A DNA stretch of 26,964 bases from a virus (Duplodnaviria > Caudoviricetes), in IMG/VR virus record IMGVR_UViG_3300027785_000117, positions 1-26,964 of that record. One strand, 5' to 3'. A program made the position numbers and the translations under genes. A model generated the notes under the pieces. It was not told where the DNA came from. It saw only the letters and a program-made list of their open reading frames with translations, and did no database searches. Shown one piece after another: positions 1 through 9,099 of this stretch. Every line of letters begins with the position of its first letter. Positions within the stretch are counted from its first letter, which is position 1.

Positions 1-1
1 T

Positions 2-127
2 GATCATAGTACTACTCATACTTGGGAAGTTCGTAATTATGAATGGCCAACAGTAAAAAGTATAAATAAAGAAAGTATTATTCTGTTGAAGCAGATGGCT
101 CAAGATCTTCAAGATCTAAATCCTTAA
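2..127 (+). CDS. possible 3' end of a gene entering from the left edge (DHSTTHTWEVRNYEWPTV...DLNP*)
   Basis: Frame open from nt 2 to TAA at 125-127 (read by hand). It would overlap the 3' end of the convergent gene 78..383 by 50 nt. Confidence 0.3.
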   Translation, partial: DHSTTHTWEVRNYEWPTVKSINKESIILLKQMAQDLQDLNP

Positions 128-383
128 CAGATAAGATTTTAGCTTTTTCTGCTAGAATACTAAACATAATCATTGATGCAGCTGATTTCCAGCATTCATC
201 AATAGCTGTAGATAATATATCATATGGAACAGATGTGGTTAATACCTCACCTGTTCTCATATGAATTTTAGATCCTGCATCAGGATTCATTCTATTTATA
301 AATGATGTTCTAGTAATGTGAGTAACATTAAGTTGCTCATAATATGAACCATCTTTATCTTTAAATTCTATTGGTAGAAACAT
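78..383 (-). CDS. hypothetical protein (weak FlbD-like beta pattern: LNVTHITR...SKIHMRTGEVLTTSVPY)
   Basis: 101-aa ORF, translationally coupled (TAATG overlap at 383) to the upstream phosphoesterase; acidic tail. Confidence 0.75.
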   Translation of the reverse strand: MFLPIEFKDKDGSYYEQLNVTHITRTSFINRMNPDAGSKIHMRTGEVLTTSVPYDILSTAIDECWKSAASMIMFSILAEKAKILSVKDLDLEDLEPSASTE

Positions 384-1420
384 TATAGTATAATATTACC
401 TTCTATTTTGTAATTATGTACTGAAACTTTATCTTTAATTCTTTTCATTATAGCAAATCCATGGTTCCATTCATTGATTTCCATGTATTCAGGAGCAAGA
501 TCACACATACATCCTAAACTATATGCTTTAATACTAGTTGGTTCTCCGGGACCATAAACTCTCTGTAAGCTTTCACTAGACTTATGGAAGTGATTTACTA
601 TAGAATTAGATTTAAGTTTCATTAGAAGTGTTCTAGCAGGTACTACACCACCAGCACCAGGTATTTTATCTCCGTGCTCTATTGTGTAGTCACCAAATAT
701 TACTTTGCTTCTAAAAGGAATAAACTCTATTTTGTATGCAGCTACTTGAAGAATAACATCTAGTCTGAACTCATCCATGTCTAATAGTTCTGATGCCTTA
801 ATTTTAAGGTATCTTTCAAATCTATTCTCATGGTTTCCTGTAATGTAATAGATAGGAATATCAGGGAACCTATCCCTGATGTAAGCCAGGAATTCTTTTC
901 CTGCCTCTATCTCATCTTTAAAATGAACTACTCTTGGATCTTTCTCATGAAATGATAGCTGATAGAAGTCTAATAAGTCTCCATTAATAAATATAGAGTC
1001 TACATTTTCTTCTTCAAACTTAGTAAACATAGTTTCTAAAGCTGTATTATCATGAAAAGGTATATGAACATCTCCAAATACACCTAATCTCATACATCCT
1101 GAAGGAAAAGTAAATTTATTTCTTGTTTTTGTATGTGATTCTGGTAAAGTAAGTTTATTATGCATAACTTTAGTCTTTAGTTCTTTTATGAATTTATTAT
1201 TTGAGTTAGTCACTGCATCTCTTTGTCTTTTACCTACTTGACCTCTATAATATCTTACTCTAAGATATGCTGTTTCAAATGTTGTAAAAAATGCAGTATT
1301 TTCTGAATAAATTTTTCTAGCTAAGGTTTTAGATGGGGCTTCTGGGAATTTTTTTAAGTACTCAAATACAATTTCTGTATTTTTCTTAGTAGCTCTTTTT
1401 TTATCTATGGCTTTTGTCAT
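383..1420 (-). CDS. calcineurin-like metallophosphoesterase with basic, possibly HTH-like N-terminal domain
   Basis: Motifs GDVHIPFHD, INGDLLDFY, GNHENR, EHGD, NHFH. The ORF track starts at 1447; ATG at 1420 (MTKAIDKK) is more plausible and removes the overlap with the divergent gene. Confidence 0.9.
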   Translation of the reverse strand: MTKAIDKKRATKKNTEIVFEYLKKFPEAPSKTLARKIYSENTAFFTTFETAYLRVRYYRGQVGKRQRDAVTNSNNKFIKELKTKVMHNKLTLPESHTKTRNKFTFPSGCMRLGVFGDVHIPFHDNTALETMFTKFEEENVDSIFINGDLLDFYQLSFHEKDPRVVHFKDEIEAGKEFLAYIRDRFPDIPIYYITGNHENRFERYLKIKASELLDMDEFRLDVILQVAAYKIEFIPFRSKVIFGDYTIEHGDKIPGAGGVVPARTLLMKLKSNSIVNHFHKSSESLQRVYGPGEPTSIKAYSLGCMCDLAPEYMEINEWNHGFAIMKRIKDKVSVHNYKIEGNIIL

Positions 1421-1448
1421 ATACATTAATATACAAAAAATAATCAAT

Positions 1449-1823
1449 ATGTTTACAGTAAAATTAGTTAAACAGGGTGGAAAGTTAGTTTATCCTAATG
1501 ATAAATCAAAATTAAATTATAAATTATTTTTAGATAAACTGCCAGAAGGTCAGGAAATAGAAATGTTTATAGGGCTTACTTCTAGTGATAAAAGTGTAGC
1601 ACAATTAGCAAAAGTACATGCCTGCATTAGAGAATTGGCTCTTGAATCAGGATATACTTTTGATGAAATGAAGATATTAATTAAAGAAAAATCTGGTTTA
1701 TCTTATAATGCTGGTGATGCAATAATATTTAAATCTTTTGCAGATTGTAGTAAAAATGAACTATTATTAGCTATTCAAGCTTGTATAGAGATTGGAGAAT
1801 TATATAATATTAACTTTGGGTAG
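1449..1823 (+). CDS. hypothetical protein, possibly NinB/Orf-like
   Basis: ORF track 1407..1823; likely start ATG 1449 (MFTVKLVK). The pattern KS..QLAKVHACIRELA..SGYTFDEMK...KSFADCSK.EL resembles NinB-family proteins (by eye). Confidence 0.6.
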   Translation: MFTVKLVKQGGKLVYPNDKSKLNYKLFLDKLPEGQEIEMFIGLTSSDKSVAQLAKVHACIRELALESGYTFDEMKILIKEKSGLSYNAGDAIIFKSFADCSKNELLLAIQACIEIGELYNINFG

Positions 1824-2121
1824 GCTCTTTATAGTTCTCTTCTCCTGGTTCTGAAATTTCTTTTTCATTATAAAGATTTAATTCTGTAGCTTGTCTTTCA
1901 ATTTCAGCTAAAACAAGAACTAAAGTATAGAATGTTCTTTGCATATCATCTAAATCTTCATATTTTTTAGTTGTTATTTCTTTTAAACCTTCTTCTCCTT
2001 TTTCACCAGCAGTGATTTGTTGTAAGACTGTAAATGAAGCAGCTTTAGCCATTAAATAAAAACTTTTGTTTACTTTAATATCTAAAATTGCATCATCTTT
2101 TAATTCTTTTACCTTTATCAT
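1810..2121 (-). CDS. hypothetical protein
   Basis: 103-aa ORF preceded by a consensus Bacteroidota promoter. Confidence 0.8.
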   Translation of the reverse strand: MIKVKELKDDAILDIKVNKSFYLMAKAASFTVLQQITAGEKGEEGLKEITTKKYEDLDDMQRTFYTLVLVLAEIERQATELNLYNEKEISEPGEENYKEPTQS

Positions 2122-2136
2122 TTTCTAATTTTTAAA

Positions 2137-2168
2137 CAAAACTAACAAAAAAATGGATATAGAACAAA
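2137..2168 (-). promoter_or_regulatory. Bacteroidota primary-sigma promoter (-33 TTTG, 20-nt spacer, -7 TAGTTTTG) for gene 1810..2121
   Basis: Minus strand reads TTTG (2168-2165), N20, TAGTTTTG (2144-2137), ending 15 nt before the ATG at 2121. Matches the TTTG-N19-21-TAnnTTTG consensus. Confidence 0.65.
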
Positions 2169-2851
2169 TTAAACAAAAAATGTTTGATAAACTTGAACCT
2201 AGTGGATGGGGAAAAGTTTTTAAATCTTTTATATTTAGTTCAGAATTTGAAAAAATTCTTAATGAACTATGGGATTTAAGCAATAAAAATAGTAGATTTG
2301 CACCTACATTAAAACAAATATTTAGAGCATTTGAAGAATGTCCATATGATAAATTACAAGTAGTAATTATTGGACAGGATCCTTATCCTACATTAAATGT
2401 AGCTGATGGAATAGCATTTAGCTGTAGCAATACAAACAAGTTGCAACCAAGTTTAAAATTTATTTTACAAGAAGTAGATAAAACTGTATATGATAATCAT
2501 GTTATAAGTGAAGATCTTGATCTTAAAAGATGGTCAAATCAAGGAATATTACTATTTAATACAGCTTTAACAGTTGAGATAGGTAAGATTGGTAGTCATT
2601 ATGATATTTGGAAACCTTTTACTGCATATTTATTTGATTATTTAAATCATAATAATTCAGACTTAATATATGTTTATATGGGTAAAAAAGCTCAAGAATG
2701 GTCTGATTCAACAAGTGATGATAATCATAAGTTTTTTATAAAACATCCAGCAAGTGCAGCGTATAATGGTTCTAAATGGGATTCTGATGATATTTTTAAT
2801 AAGATATCACTCATATTAAATAATAAAGATAAAACAATAATAACTTGGTAA
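2153..2851 (+). CDS. ung: uracil-DNA glycosylase, family 1
   Basis: VVIIGQDPYP, ADGIAFS, WSNQGILLFNTALTV, and HPAS in place of HPSP. Confidence 0.95.
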   Translation: MDIEQIKQKMFDKLEPSGWGKVFKSFIFSSEFEKILNELWDLSNKNSRFAPTLKQIFRAFEECPYDKLQVVIIGQDPYPTLNVADGIAFSCSNTNKLQPSLKFILQEVDKTVYDNHVISEDLDLKRWSNQGILLFNTALTVEIGKIGSHYDIWKPFTAYLFDYLNHNNSDLIYVYMGKKAQEWSDSTSDDNHKFFIKHPASAAYNGSKWDSDDIFNKISLILNNKDKTIITW

Positions 2852-2852
2852 T

Positions 2853-3440
2853 ATGATAGAAATTTTTATTAAATTGAGTCAAAATAATTTAACACCTAAT
2901 TCATTTTATATTTTATATTGCATAAAAGAATCAATAGTACCTAACATTTATGTAAGTAAACAACTTGAATGTAAAAAATTAATAAATGATAATTGGTTAA
3001 CAGAAAATTTGCAATTAACTGATAAAAGTATTATTTTTACAACTGAAATAGACGGCTATTTTAAAAAATCCAAGAAAAAAACTTCTAAAGATTTAATGGG
3101 TGATAATTTTATTAAAAACATAGAATCGTATGTAAATATATTTCCTAATAAAAAATTATCTTCTGGGAAATATGCAAGAGTTCCTTCTAAGAATTTAGAA
3201 AATGCATTTAGATGGTTTTTTGAAAATTACGAATATAATTGGGAAACTATATTTTTAGCTACACAAAATTATGTTTTACAATATGAATCAAAAAATTATG
3301 AATACATGAGAAACTCACAATACTTTTTGAGAAAACAAAATATTGATAAAAGTTGGGATTCTGATTTAGCAATTTATTGTGAACATTTAAAAGATAAACC
3401 AAATGAAGAAAAAGACATTTTTAATGAGTTAATTGTATAA
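2853..3440 (+). CDS. hypothetical protein upstream of DnaB (possible replication initiator or helicase loader)
   Basis: 195-aa ORF; wHTH-like N-terminus and C-terminal YMRNSQYFL...SDLA. Function inferred from position only. Confidence 0.75.
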   Translation: MIEIFIKLSQNNLTPNSFYILYCIKESIVPNIYVSKQLECKKLINDNWLTENLQLTDKSIIFTTEIDGYFKKSKKKTSKDLMGDNFIKNIESYVNIFPNKKLSSGKYARVPSKNLENAFRWFFENYEYNWETIFLATQNYVLQYESKNYEYMRNSQYFLRKQNIDKSWDSDLAIYCEHLKDKPNEEKDIFNELIV

Positions 3441-3457
3441 TAGAAATTTAAAAAAAT

Positions 3458-4468
3458 ATGGGTAAATTATTTAATGGTGCAAAACATTTATTACCAGTCA
3501 GTGAAAGAGAAAGTTTAGAAAAAGGTTTAATTAAAATTAAAGCAAAGAGAGAAGGTAAAATACCTGCTCTTGTTAGTTCATGGCCTAAATTTAATGATGC
3601 TTTTTGTGATGGATTAGAATGGAGAACTATAACTGTAGTTGGAGCTAGACCTGGAACAGGTAAAACTCTATTTATGGAACAATTAGTTTCAGATATTATA
3701 TTAAAAAACACAGAACAAAAATTTAGAGTCCTTAAGTTTCAAATGGAAATGGTTGATGAAACAAGTGGTATTAGAAAATTTGGTATAATTACAGGTTCTG
3801 ATTACAATACCTTAATGAGTAAAAATGGAAATTTAGTTGATAAAAAAATATTTGAAAAATGTGTAGAATATTATAAAGAATCAATTTCTAATGATATTAT
3901 AAACGTTGTTTATGATAATTGTACGGTTAATGAAATGTGTTCAACAATTCATTATGAATTAGAAAGACATAAAAAACCTGATAATACTTATGAAAATATA
4001 CTTGTTACAATAGATCATTCTGCCTTATTTAAAAATGATGTAGGTCAAAAAGATAAATTTGAGATGTTAGGAGCATTAGGAGAAGCATTAACATATATGA
4101 AGAAAAATTATCCAGTAGCATTTGTTGTTTTAAGTCAGTTAAATAGAAATATAGATGATACAAAACGACAAGTAGAAGGTACATATGGTAATTATGTGTT
4201 AGACTCTGATATTTATGGATCTGATGCTTTATTGCAACATGCAGATGTAGTAATTGGTATTAACAAACCTTCTGTAAGAAGAATAAGAAAATATGGTCCT
4301 GAAAAATTTTTAATTGAAGATCCAGATACACTGGTATTCCATTTTTTAAAATCTAGAAATGGACTTACTAGAATTAGTTTCTTTAAATTAGATAGAACTA
4401 CTATGAGAATAGTAGAAATGGCAACACCAGCAAGAGAAGTAAAAGATAAAATAACTGTAAATTATTAA
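3458..4468 (+). CDS. dnaB: DnaB-like (SF4) replicative helicase, C-terminal ATPase domain only
   Basis: Walker A GARPGTGKT, FQMEM, VTIDH, VVLSQLNR, SDALLQHADVV, LKSRNG. Confidence 0.95.
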   Translation: MGKLFNGAKHLLPVSERESLEKGLIKIKAKREGKIPALVSSWPKFNDAFCDGLEWRTITVVGARPGTGKTLFMEQLVSDIILKNTEQKFRVLKFQMEMVDETSGIRKFGIITGSDYNTLMSKNGNLVDKKIFEKCVEYYKESISNDIINVVYDNCTVNEMCSTIHYELERHKKPDNTYENILVTIDHSALFKNDVGQKDKFEMLGALGEALTYMKKNYPVAFVVLSQLNRNIDDTKRQVEGTYGNYVLDSDIYGSDALLQHADVVIGINKPSVRRIRKYGPEKFLIEDPDTLVFHFLKSRNGLTRISFFKLDRTTMRIVEMATPAREVKDKITVNY

Positions 4469-4470
4469 AT

Positions 4471-5121
4471 ATGAGTAATATAAATTTAAGAAAAGAAAAA
4501 GAAAAAGTGTTTTATGAACATCATATAAATACTTTTAATGCAATTGGAATAATAGATCCAATGTTTGTAATTAAAACTGCCTTTTTTAAGAAAGGAAAGT
4601 TTGGTAGGCAATCACAATTTTTTGAATGGGAATTAAAAAAAGGACAAGATATTTATGTTGAATTTTATGATAATGTTTATGATGATAATGGTATAATTGT
4701 AAATATTTTACCAATGAATGAAGATAGACAATTATTTAAACTTAAATATAATCCTTATTTCTATGAAGAATATGATATTATTGAAAATTATGATTTAGAT
4801 GGAAAGGTTGATAAAAAATTTATTTTACCAATAAATGAAATGATGGTAGTATTATCTAGTGGTCAAGAAATTAGTTATTCTCTTTATGAAAAAAGAAAAG
4901 AAGAATCTAAAAATGATTTACCACAATTACAAAAGTCATTAAGTTTATTTCCAGATTTTGAAGAAGATTTTTTAAAAAAAGAAGAAGCAGTAAAACTAGT
5001 AGGTTCTGATTTTGATATTGATAAAGATAAAAATGATTTAAAAGATGAAATTTCAAAATTAAATTTTGAAATAAAAAAGCTAACAGAAGTAATCACTAAT
5101 TATTTAAACAAACTACAATAA
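4471..5121 (+). CDS. hypothetical protein with C-terminal coiled coil
   Basis: 216-aa ORF in the replication operon with 1-2 nt spacing to its neighbours. Confidence 0.8.
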   Translation: MSNINLRKEKEKVFYEHHINTFNAIGIIDPMFVIKTAFFKKGKFGRQSQFFEWELKKGQDIYVEFYDNVYDDNGIIVNILPMNEDRQLFKLKYNPYFYEEYDIIENYDLDGKVDKKFILPINEMMVVLSSGQEISYSLYEKRKEESKNDLPQLQKSLSLFPDFEEDFLKKEEAVKLVGSDFDIDKDKNDLKDEISKLNFEIKKLTEVITNYLNKLQ

Positions 5122-5122
5122 A

Positions 5123-5842
5123 ATGAGTATAGTACTTCCTACAAAAAAAATAAAAGCTGAGAGAGTTAATCCAAAAAGATTAATTATATACTCAAAGCCG
5201 AAAACTGGTAAGACAAGTGCATTTGCAGGTCTTGAAAATAATTTAATTATTGATTTAGAAAATGGAACTGATTATGTAGAAGCAGTAAAAGTTAAAGCAA
5301 ATAATTTACAAGAATTAAAAGAAATTGGTAAAGCAATTAAAGAAGCAGAATATCCATATACATATGTTACTATAGATACAGTAACTGCATTAGAAGAAAT
5401 GGTAATGCCTTTAGCAATTAATCTTTACCAAAAAACTTCTATGGGTAAAAATTATTCTGGAGATAGTGTTTTAACTTTGCCAAATGGTGCTGGATATTTA
5501 TATATTCGTCAAGCATTTTTTCAAGTTTTAGATTTTATTGATACCTTAGCACCCAATATTATTTTATCTGGTCACATTAAAGACAAGCAGGTAGATGATA
5601 AAGGTGAGATGGTAATGTCTGCAAATATAGATTTGACAGGTAAAATTAAATCTTTAATTTGTGCAAATGCTGATGCAATTGCTTATATGTACAGAAAAGG
5701 TGATCAAACAATTTTAAATTTTAAGACAAATGAAGAAGTAACATGTGGTGCTAGACCAGAACACTTAAGAAATGAAGAAATAGTAGTTTCTGAAATGAAG
5801 AATGATAAGTTAATTACTTATTGGGAAAAAATATACAAATAA
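5123..5842 (+). CDS. AAA_24 / Sak4-like ATPase (single-strand annealing recombinase)
   Basis: YSKPKTGKT, IIDLENG, VTIDTVT, GAGY, ILSGH, ANADAIAYM; adjacent to a putative SSB, as is typical for Sak4. Confidence 0.85.
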   Translation: MSIVLPTKKIKAERVNPKRLIIYSKPKTGKTSAFAGLENNLIIDLENGTDYVEAVKVKANNLQELKEIGKAIKEAEYPYTYVTIDTVTALEEMVMPLAINLYQKTSMGKNYSGDSVLTLPNGAGYLYIRQAFFQVLDFIDTLAPNIILSGHIKDKQVDDKGEMVMSANIDLTGKIKSLICANADAIAYMYRKGDQTILNFKTNEEVTCGARPEHLRNEEIVVSEMKNDKLITYWEKIYK

Positions 5843-5857
5843 TAAAAACTAAAAAAA

Positions 5858-6544
5858 ATGGGATTAAGTACAAAAGATTTAGGAAATGAAGGAGGTTCAG
5901 GTATTGCAAAAACTATTGCACCAGGAAACAACAGATTAAAGATTAATAGTATAAACTTAGAAGATTTTCAATTTATTGAAGGTGCTAAACATCTTATGCT
6001 ACATGTAGAAACAGAACCAATTGAAGGTTTTACAGGTTTTTTAATTGATAAAGATGATGAAAGTAAAGGTCATTATGAAGGTCAAATTGGTAGAGTAAAA
6101 GCAAGTCAGTATGCCTATGCTAATGGGGAAACAAAATCTGGTATTAAAATTCAAAGAGATAGATCTCTTATGATGTTTTTGGCTAATTTGTCAAAAAGTT
6201 ATGGTATTACTGGATGGTTTGAAGAACAAGATAATAAGTTCAATACTATTGAAGAATTTGTAAAAAACTTTAGTAATAATGCACCTATTAAAGATGTTTA
6301 TTTAGATTTTTGTGTTGCTGGAAAGGAATATGAAAATAAATCTGGATATACAGCATATGATTTATGGTTACCAAAATCAGAAAATAATAAATATGCTTAT
6401 GGTGATTTAGATTCTGAAAGAATTCTTAAATATGATGAAGTTAAACATCTTAAAAAGATTGAAATTAAACCAGTAGATAAATTTGGTGATGATGATGATT
6501 TTACAAAACCAACTAAAGGAGCTTCTGATTTCAGTTTAGACTAA
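5858..6544 (+). CDS. putative single-stranded DNA-binding protein
   Basis: Follows the Sak4-like gene; beta-rich body (IAPG...GKEY); acidic/aromatic tail DDDDF...SDFSLD. Confidence 0.6.
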   Translation: MGLSTKDLGNEGGSGIAKTIAPGNNRLKINSINLEDFQFIEGAKHLMLHVETEPIEGFTGFLIDKDDESKGHYEGQIGRVKASQYAYANGETKSGIKIQRDRSLMMFLANLSKSYGITGWFEEQDNKFNTIEEFVKNFSNNAPIKDVYLDFCVAGKEYENKSGYTAYDLWLPKSENNKYAYGDLDSERILKYDEVKHLKKIEIKPVDKFGDDDDFTKPTKGASDFSLD

Positions 6545-6552
6545 CACCTCTT

Positions 6553-6588
6553 ATATAAGGGGGGTTATGTAATTCCCCTTATATTTTT
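6553..6588 (+). terminator. stem-loop with T-tract after the SSB gene
   Basis: ATATAAGGGGGGTT-ATGT-AATTCCCCTTATAT (two G-U pairs) followed by TTTT. Confidence 0.65.
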
Positions 6589-6601
6589 AAAATGGGTTAT
6601 T

Positions 6602-7585
6602 ATGATTTCAACAAAGAATTTAATTTATGATTTGGCAGATGTGCCAAGAGAATGGGTATTTGAACACTATCTTAATCTAACAGAAAAACTTACAGGTCAA
6701 GACCTTAAAATAAAATCTGTATTTAATTTACGTGAGAAAACTCCTTCTATGTGTATCTACATGGATAAAAATAATATCTATAAGTTTAAAGACTTTTCTT
6801 CCGGTAATGGAGGTGATACATTAAGTCTTGTACAAAATCTTTTTAATCTATCTACTAGAGGTCATGCATCTTTTAAGATAATAGAAGATTATAACCAATA
6901 TGTTTTAAATAATGGTTTTAATCCTATAAAGTCTTATAAGCAACAAAGCAGGTATAAAGTTACTGATTTTGAAATCAGACACTGGAATACTCTTGACCAA
7001 AAATACTGGATGGGATATAAGATTGGTTCTAAGTTATTAGAGAAATATAATGTTAGTCCATTAGAATATTATATTATGCAAAAAACAGATGAAAATGAAG
7101 TTTTGTCTAGTATAACTATCAAAGGTAATTATATCTATGGTTACTTTAAAGAAGATGGTTCTCTTTATAAAATATATCAGCCTAAAGTAAAGGACAGTAA
7201 GTTTATTAAAGTAAGAGATTACATTCAAGGTTCTGAACAGCTTGCATATGATAAACCATTTCTTGTTATAACATCATCTCTTAAAGATTTGATGGCATAT
7301 AATAAGTTAAAGTTTATTAATTCTGAAGCTATTGCACCAGACAGTGAGAATACTATGATTCCAGAAAATATTATGAATAGTTTATCTACTAAGTATCAAG
7401 ATATTTGTCTATTATTTGATAATGATGAACCAGGGATTAAGTCAGCTGAAAGATATAAATCTAAATATGGTTTTAATTATGTAGTTTTAAACATGGAAAA
7501 GGACTTATCTGATTCTATTAAAGTTCATGGAATTGAAACTGTAAGAAAAGAATTACTACCTTTATTAAGAAATGTATTATTATGA
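6602..7585 (+). CDS. dnaG: DnaG-type DNA primase (degenerate CHC2 domain plus TOPRIM)
   Basis: SVFN..EKTPSM...FKDFSSGNGGD matches the CHC2 fold; TOPRIM LVITSSLKD and LLFDNDEPG...KDLSD. Confidence 0.88.
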   Translation: MISTKNLIYDLADVPREWVFEHYLNLTEKLTGQDLKIKSVFNLREKTPSMCIYMDKNNIYKFKDFSSGNGGDTLSLVQNLFNLSTRGHASFKIIEDYNQYVLNNGFNPIKSYKQQSRYKVTDFEIRHWNTLDQKYWMGYKIGSKLLEKYNVSPLEYYIMQKTDENEVLSSITIKGNYIYGYFKEDGSLYKIYQPKVKDSKFIKVRDYIQGSEQLAYDKPFLVITSSLKDLMAYNKLKFINSEAIAPDSENTMIPENIMNSLSTKYQDICLLFDNDEPGIKSAERYKSKYGFNYVVLNMEKDLSDSIKVHGIETVRKELLPLLRNVLL

Positions 7586-8016
7586 GTTGGCTATATCAAG
7601 GAGAAAAGTTTAATAATTCAATGATACCTAAAAATGCAGAAGGGTTTGTATATGAGATGCAAGCTACTATTGATGGTAAAATTGTTAAGTATATTGGAAA
7701 GAAAAACTTTTATTCTTCTGTAAAGAAGAGATTTGGTAAAAGAGCTTTAGCTCAAGTAACTGATAAAAGAACCAAAAAATATACTGTTGTCAAAAAAGAA
7801 AGTTATGAAAACTACTATAGCAGTAATAAAGTTTTACAAGAAGCTCACAAAGCTGGAATTGAAATAAGAAGATATATAGTCCGCATATGTTTCTCTAAAA
7901 CAGAACTTACTTATTTTGAAGTTAAGTTTCAGTTTACTAGAGAAGTATTAGAAAGTGATGATTTCTTAAATGGTAATATCTTGGGCCGATTCTACGGTCC
8001 ATTTAAAAAACAATAA
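7582..8016 (+). CDS. GIY-YIG family endonuclease (T4 endonuclease II-like, catalytic domain only)
   Basis: GFVYEM...KYIGKK, YYSSN, ELTYFE, and C-terminal FLNGNI; ATGA overlap with the primase gene. Confidence 0.8.
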   Translation: MSWLYQGEKFNNSMIPKNAEGFVYEMQATIDGKIVKYIGKKNFYSSVKKRFGKRALAQVTDKRTKKYTVVKKESYENYYSSNKVLQEAHKAGIEIRRYIVRICFSKTELTYFEVKFQFTREVLESDDFLNGNILGRFYGPFKKQ

Positions 8017-8018
8017 TT

Positions 8019-8423
8019 ATGACAGAAAATGATATGACAGGCCTTCTATTACAGTTGGCCGACCTTGGTGTGACCGGAATTAAAGTACTTTACTCAGGTG
8101 GAGGAGATTCAGGTGCAATTGATGAAATTATATATACAACACAAGAAGTAACAAGTCTTCAAGATTTAGATAATTTATATCCTTATGATGAAAATGTTTT
8201 TGATTTAAGAGATCTTAGCACATCTTTCTATTCAGATATAGAAGACTTTGCTACTTCACAACTCTTAGATAATATAGAAGATTGGTGGAATAATGGGGGT
8301 GGTTATGGAACAGTACTTATTAGTATTCCTTCTGGTAACTATACAATTAATAATTCTATCTATACTAGTGATACTGAAGAGTTTACTCATCATGGTAATT
8401 TAATTAATAAAAGCTTAAACTAA
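8019..8423 (+). CDS. DUF6878-like acidic protein
   Basis: V.YSGGGDSGAID and WWNNGGGYG motifs; adjacent to a DUF6915-like gene. Confidence 0.7.
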   Translation: MTENDMTGLLLQLADLGVTGIKVLYSGGGDSGAIDEIIYTTQEVTSLQDLDNLYPYDENVFDLRDLSTSFYSDIEDFATSQLLDNIEDWWNNGGGYGTVLISIPSGNYTINNSIYTSDTEEFTHHGNLINKSLN

Positions 8424-8764
8424 TGGCACATCCAATGCAACATTGCAAATCATCAGTTAAAAAATGGGGTGGTCAGTTATCTGATTACCAACCTATTCAT
8501 GATTGGTTTGATGAAACCAAAGCTTGGATAGGACACAGTAAGCATAGAATGTTTAGACACCATAGTGAAGGTATATTTGAATGTGAAAAAGTATTTGGTA
8601 ACTCATTTATAAATTCAGATGGTAAAACAGTATATACAAGATATGTTGGTGAACAGCATGTAAAAGAAGACTGCAATGGATATATTCCAAGTGCAAAAGA
8701 ATGGGTTGATAATATAAACAAGCCCACAGAATGGATGTTAAAAACACTAAAAATTGAAGACTAA
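8423..8764 (+). CDS. DUF6915-like His-rich protein
   Basis: MAHP..H..SS.KKWGG...DY..IHDWFDETK....HR..RHH..GIF.CE..FG...VGEQHV.ED...IP...W pattern. Confidence 0.8.
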   Translation: MAHPMQHCKSSVKKWGGQLSDYQPIHDWFDETKAWIGHSKHRMFRHHSEGIFECEKVFGNSFINSDGKTVYTRYVGEQHVKEDCNGYIPSAKEWVDNINKPTEWMLKTLKIED

Positions 8765-9099
8765 TGGAAAATAATGAAACATTAAATGCAGGAGATCAAA
8801 AACTTAAAATAGTTTTTATTAATGAAAGTACTCCTGATGAGAAACCTTTAGAAATGTATTTTATTTTGGAAAAAATAGATGATGTTAAAGTTATTACTTT
8901 GAGTATTGATCCATCTCTATTTTCTAAAGAAACAAAACCTTCACTTATGAATGCTTTGTATATGGATACTGTAAATGTTTTAGGTACTGTAAAAAATTTA
9001 TTTGATACTGGTAAAAGTTACGAAGGACTTCATATACTTACAAGAGAAGAATTTAAGGAGTATGTAACAAAAGTATTAGGACATAAAATAGAAGACTAA
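8764..9099 (+). CDS. hypothetical protein (bounded by KIED repeats)
   Basis: 111-aa ORF with TAATG coupling at both ends; ends GHKIED*. Confidence 0.75.
   Translation: MENNETLNAGDQKLKIVFINESTPDEKPLEMYFILEKIDDVKVITLSIDPSLFSKETKPSLMNALYMDTVNVLGTVKNLFDTGKSYEGLHILTREEFKEYVTKVLGHKIED

Noticed and set aside
1407-1447. Head-to-head overlap of ORFs 383..1447 and 1407..1823
   Set aside because: Likely an artefact of longest-ORF calling; starts at 1420 (-) and 1449 (+) remove it.
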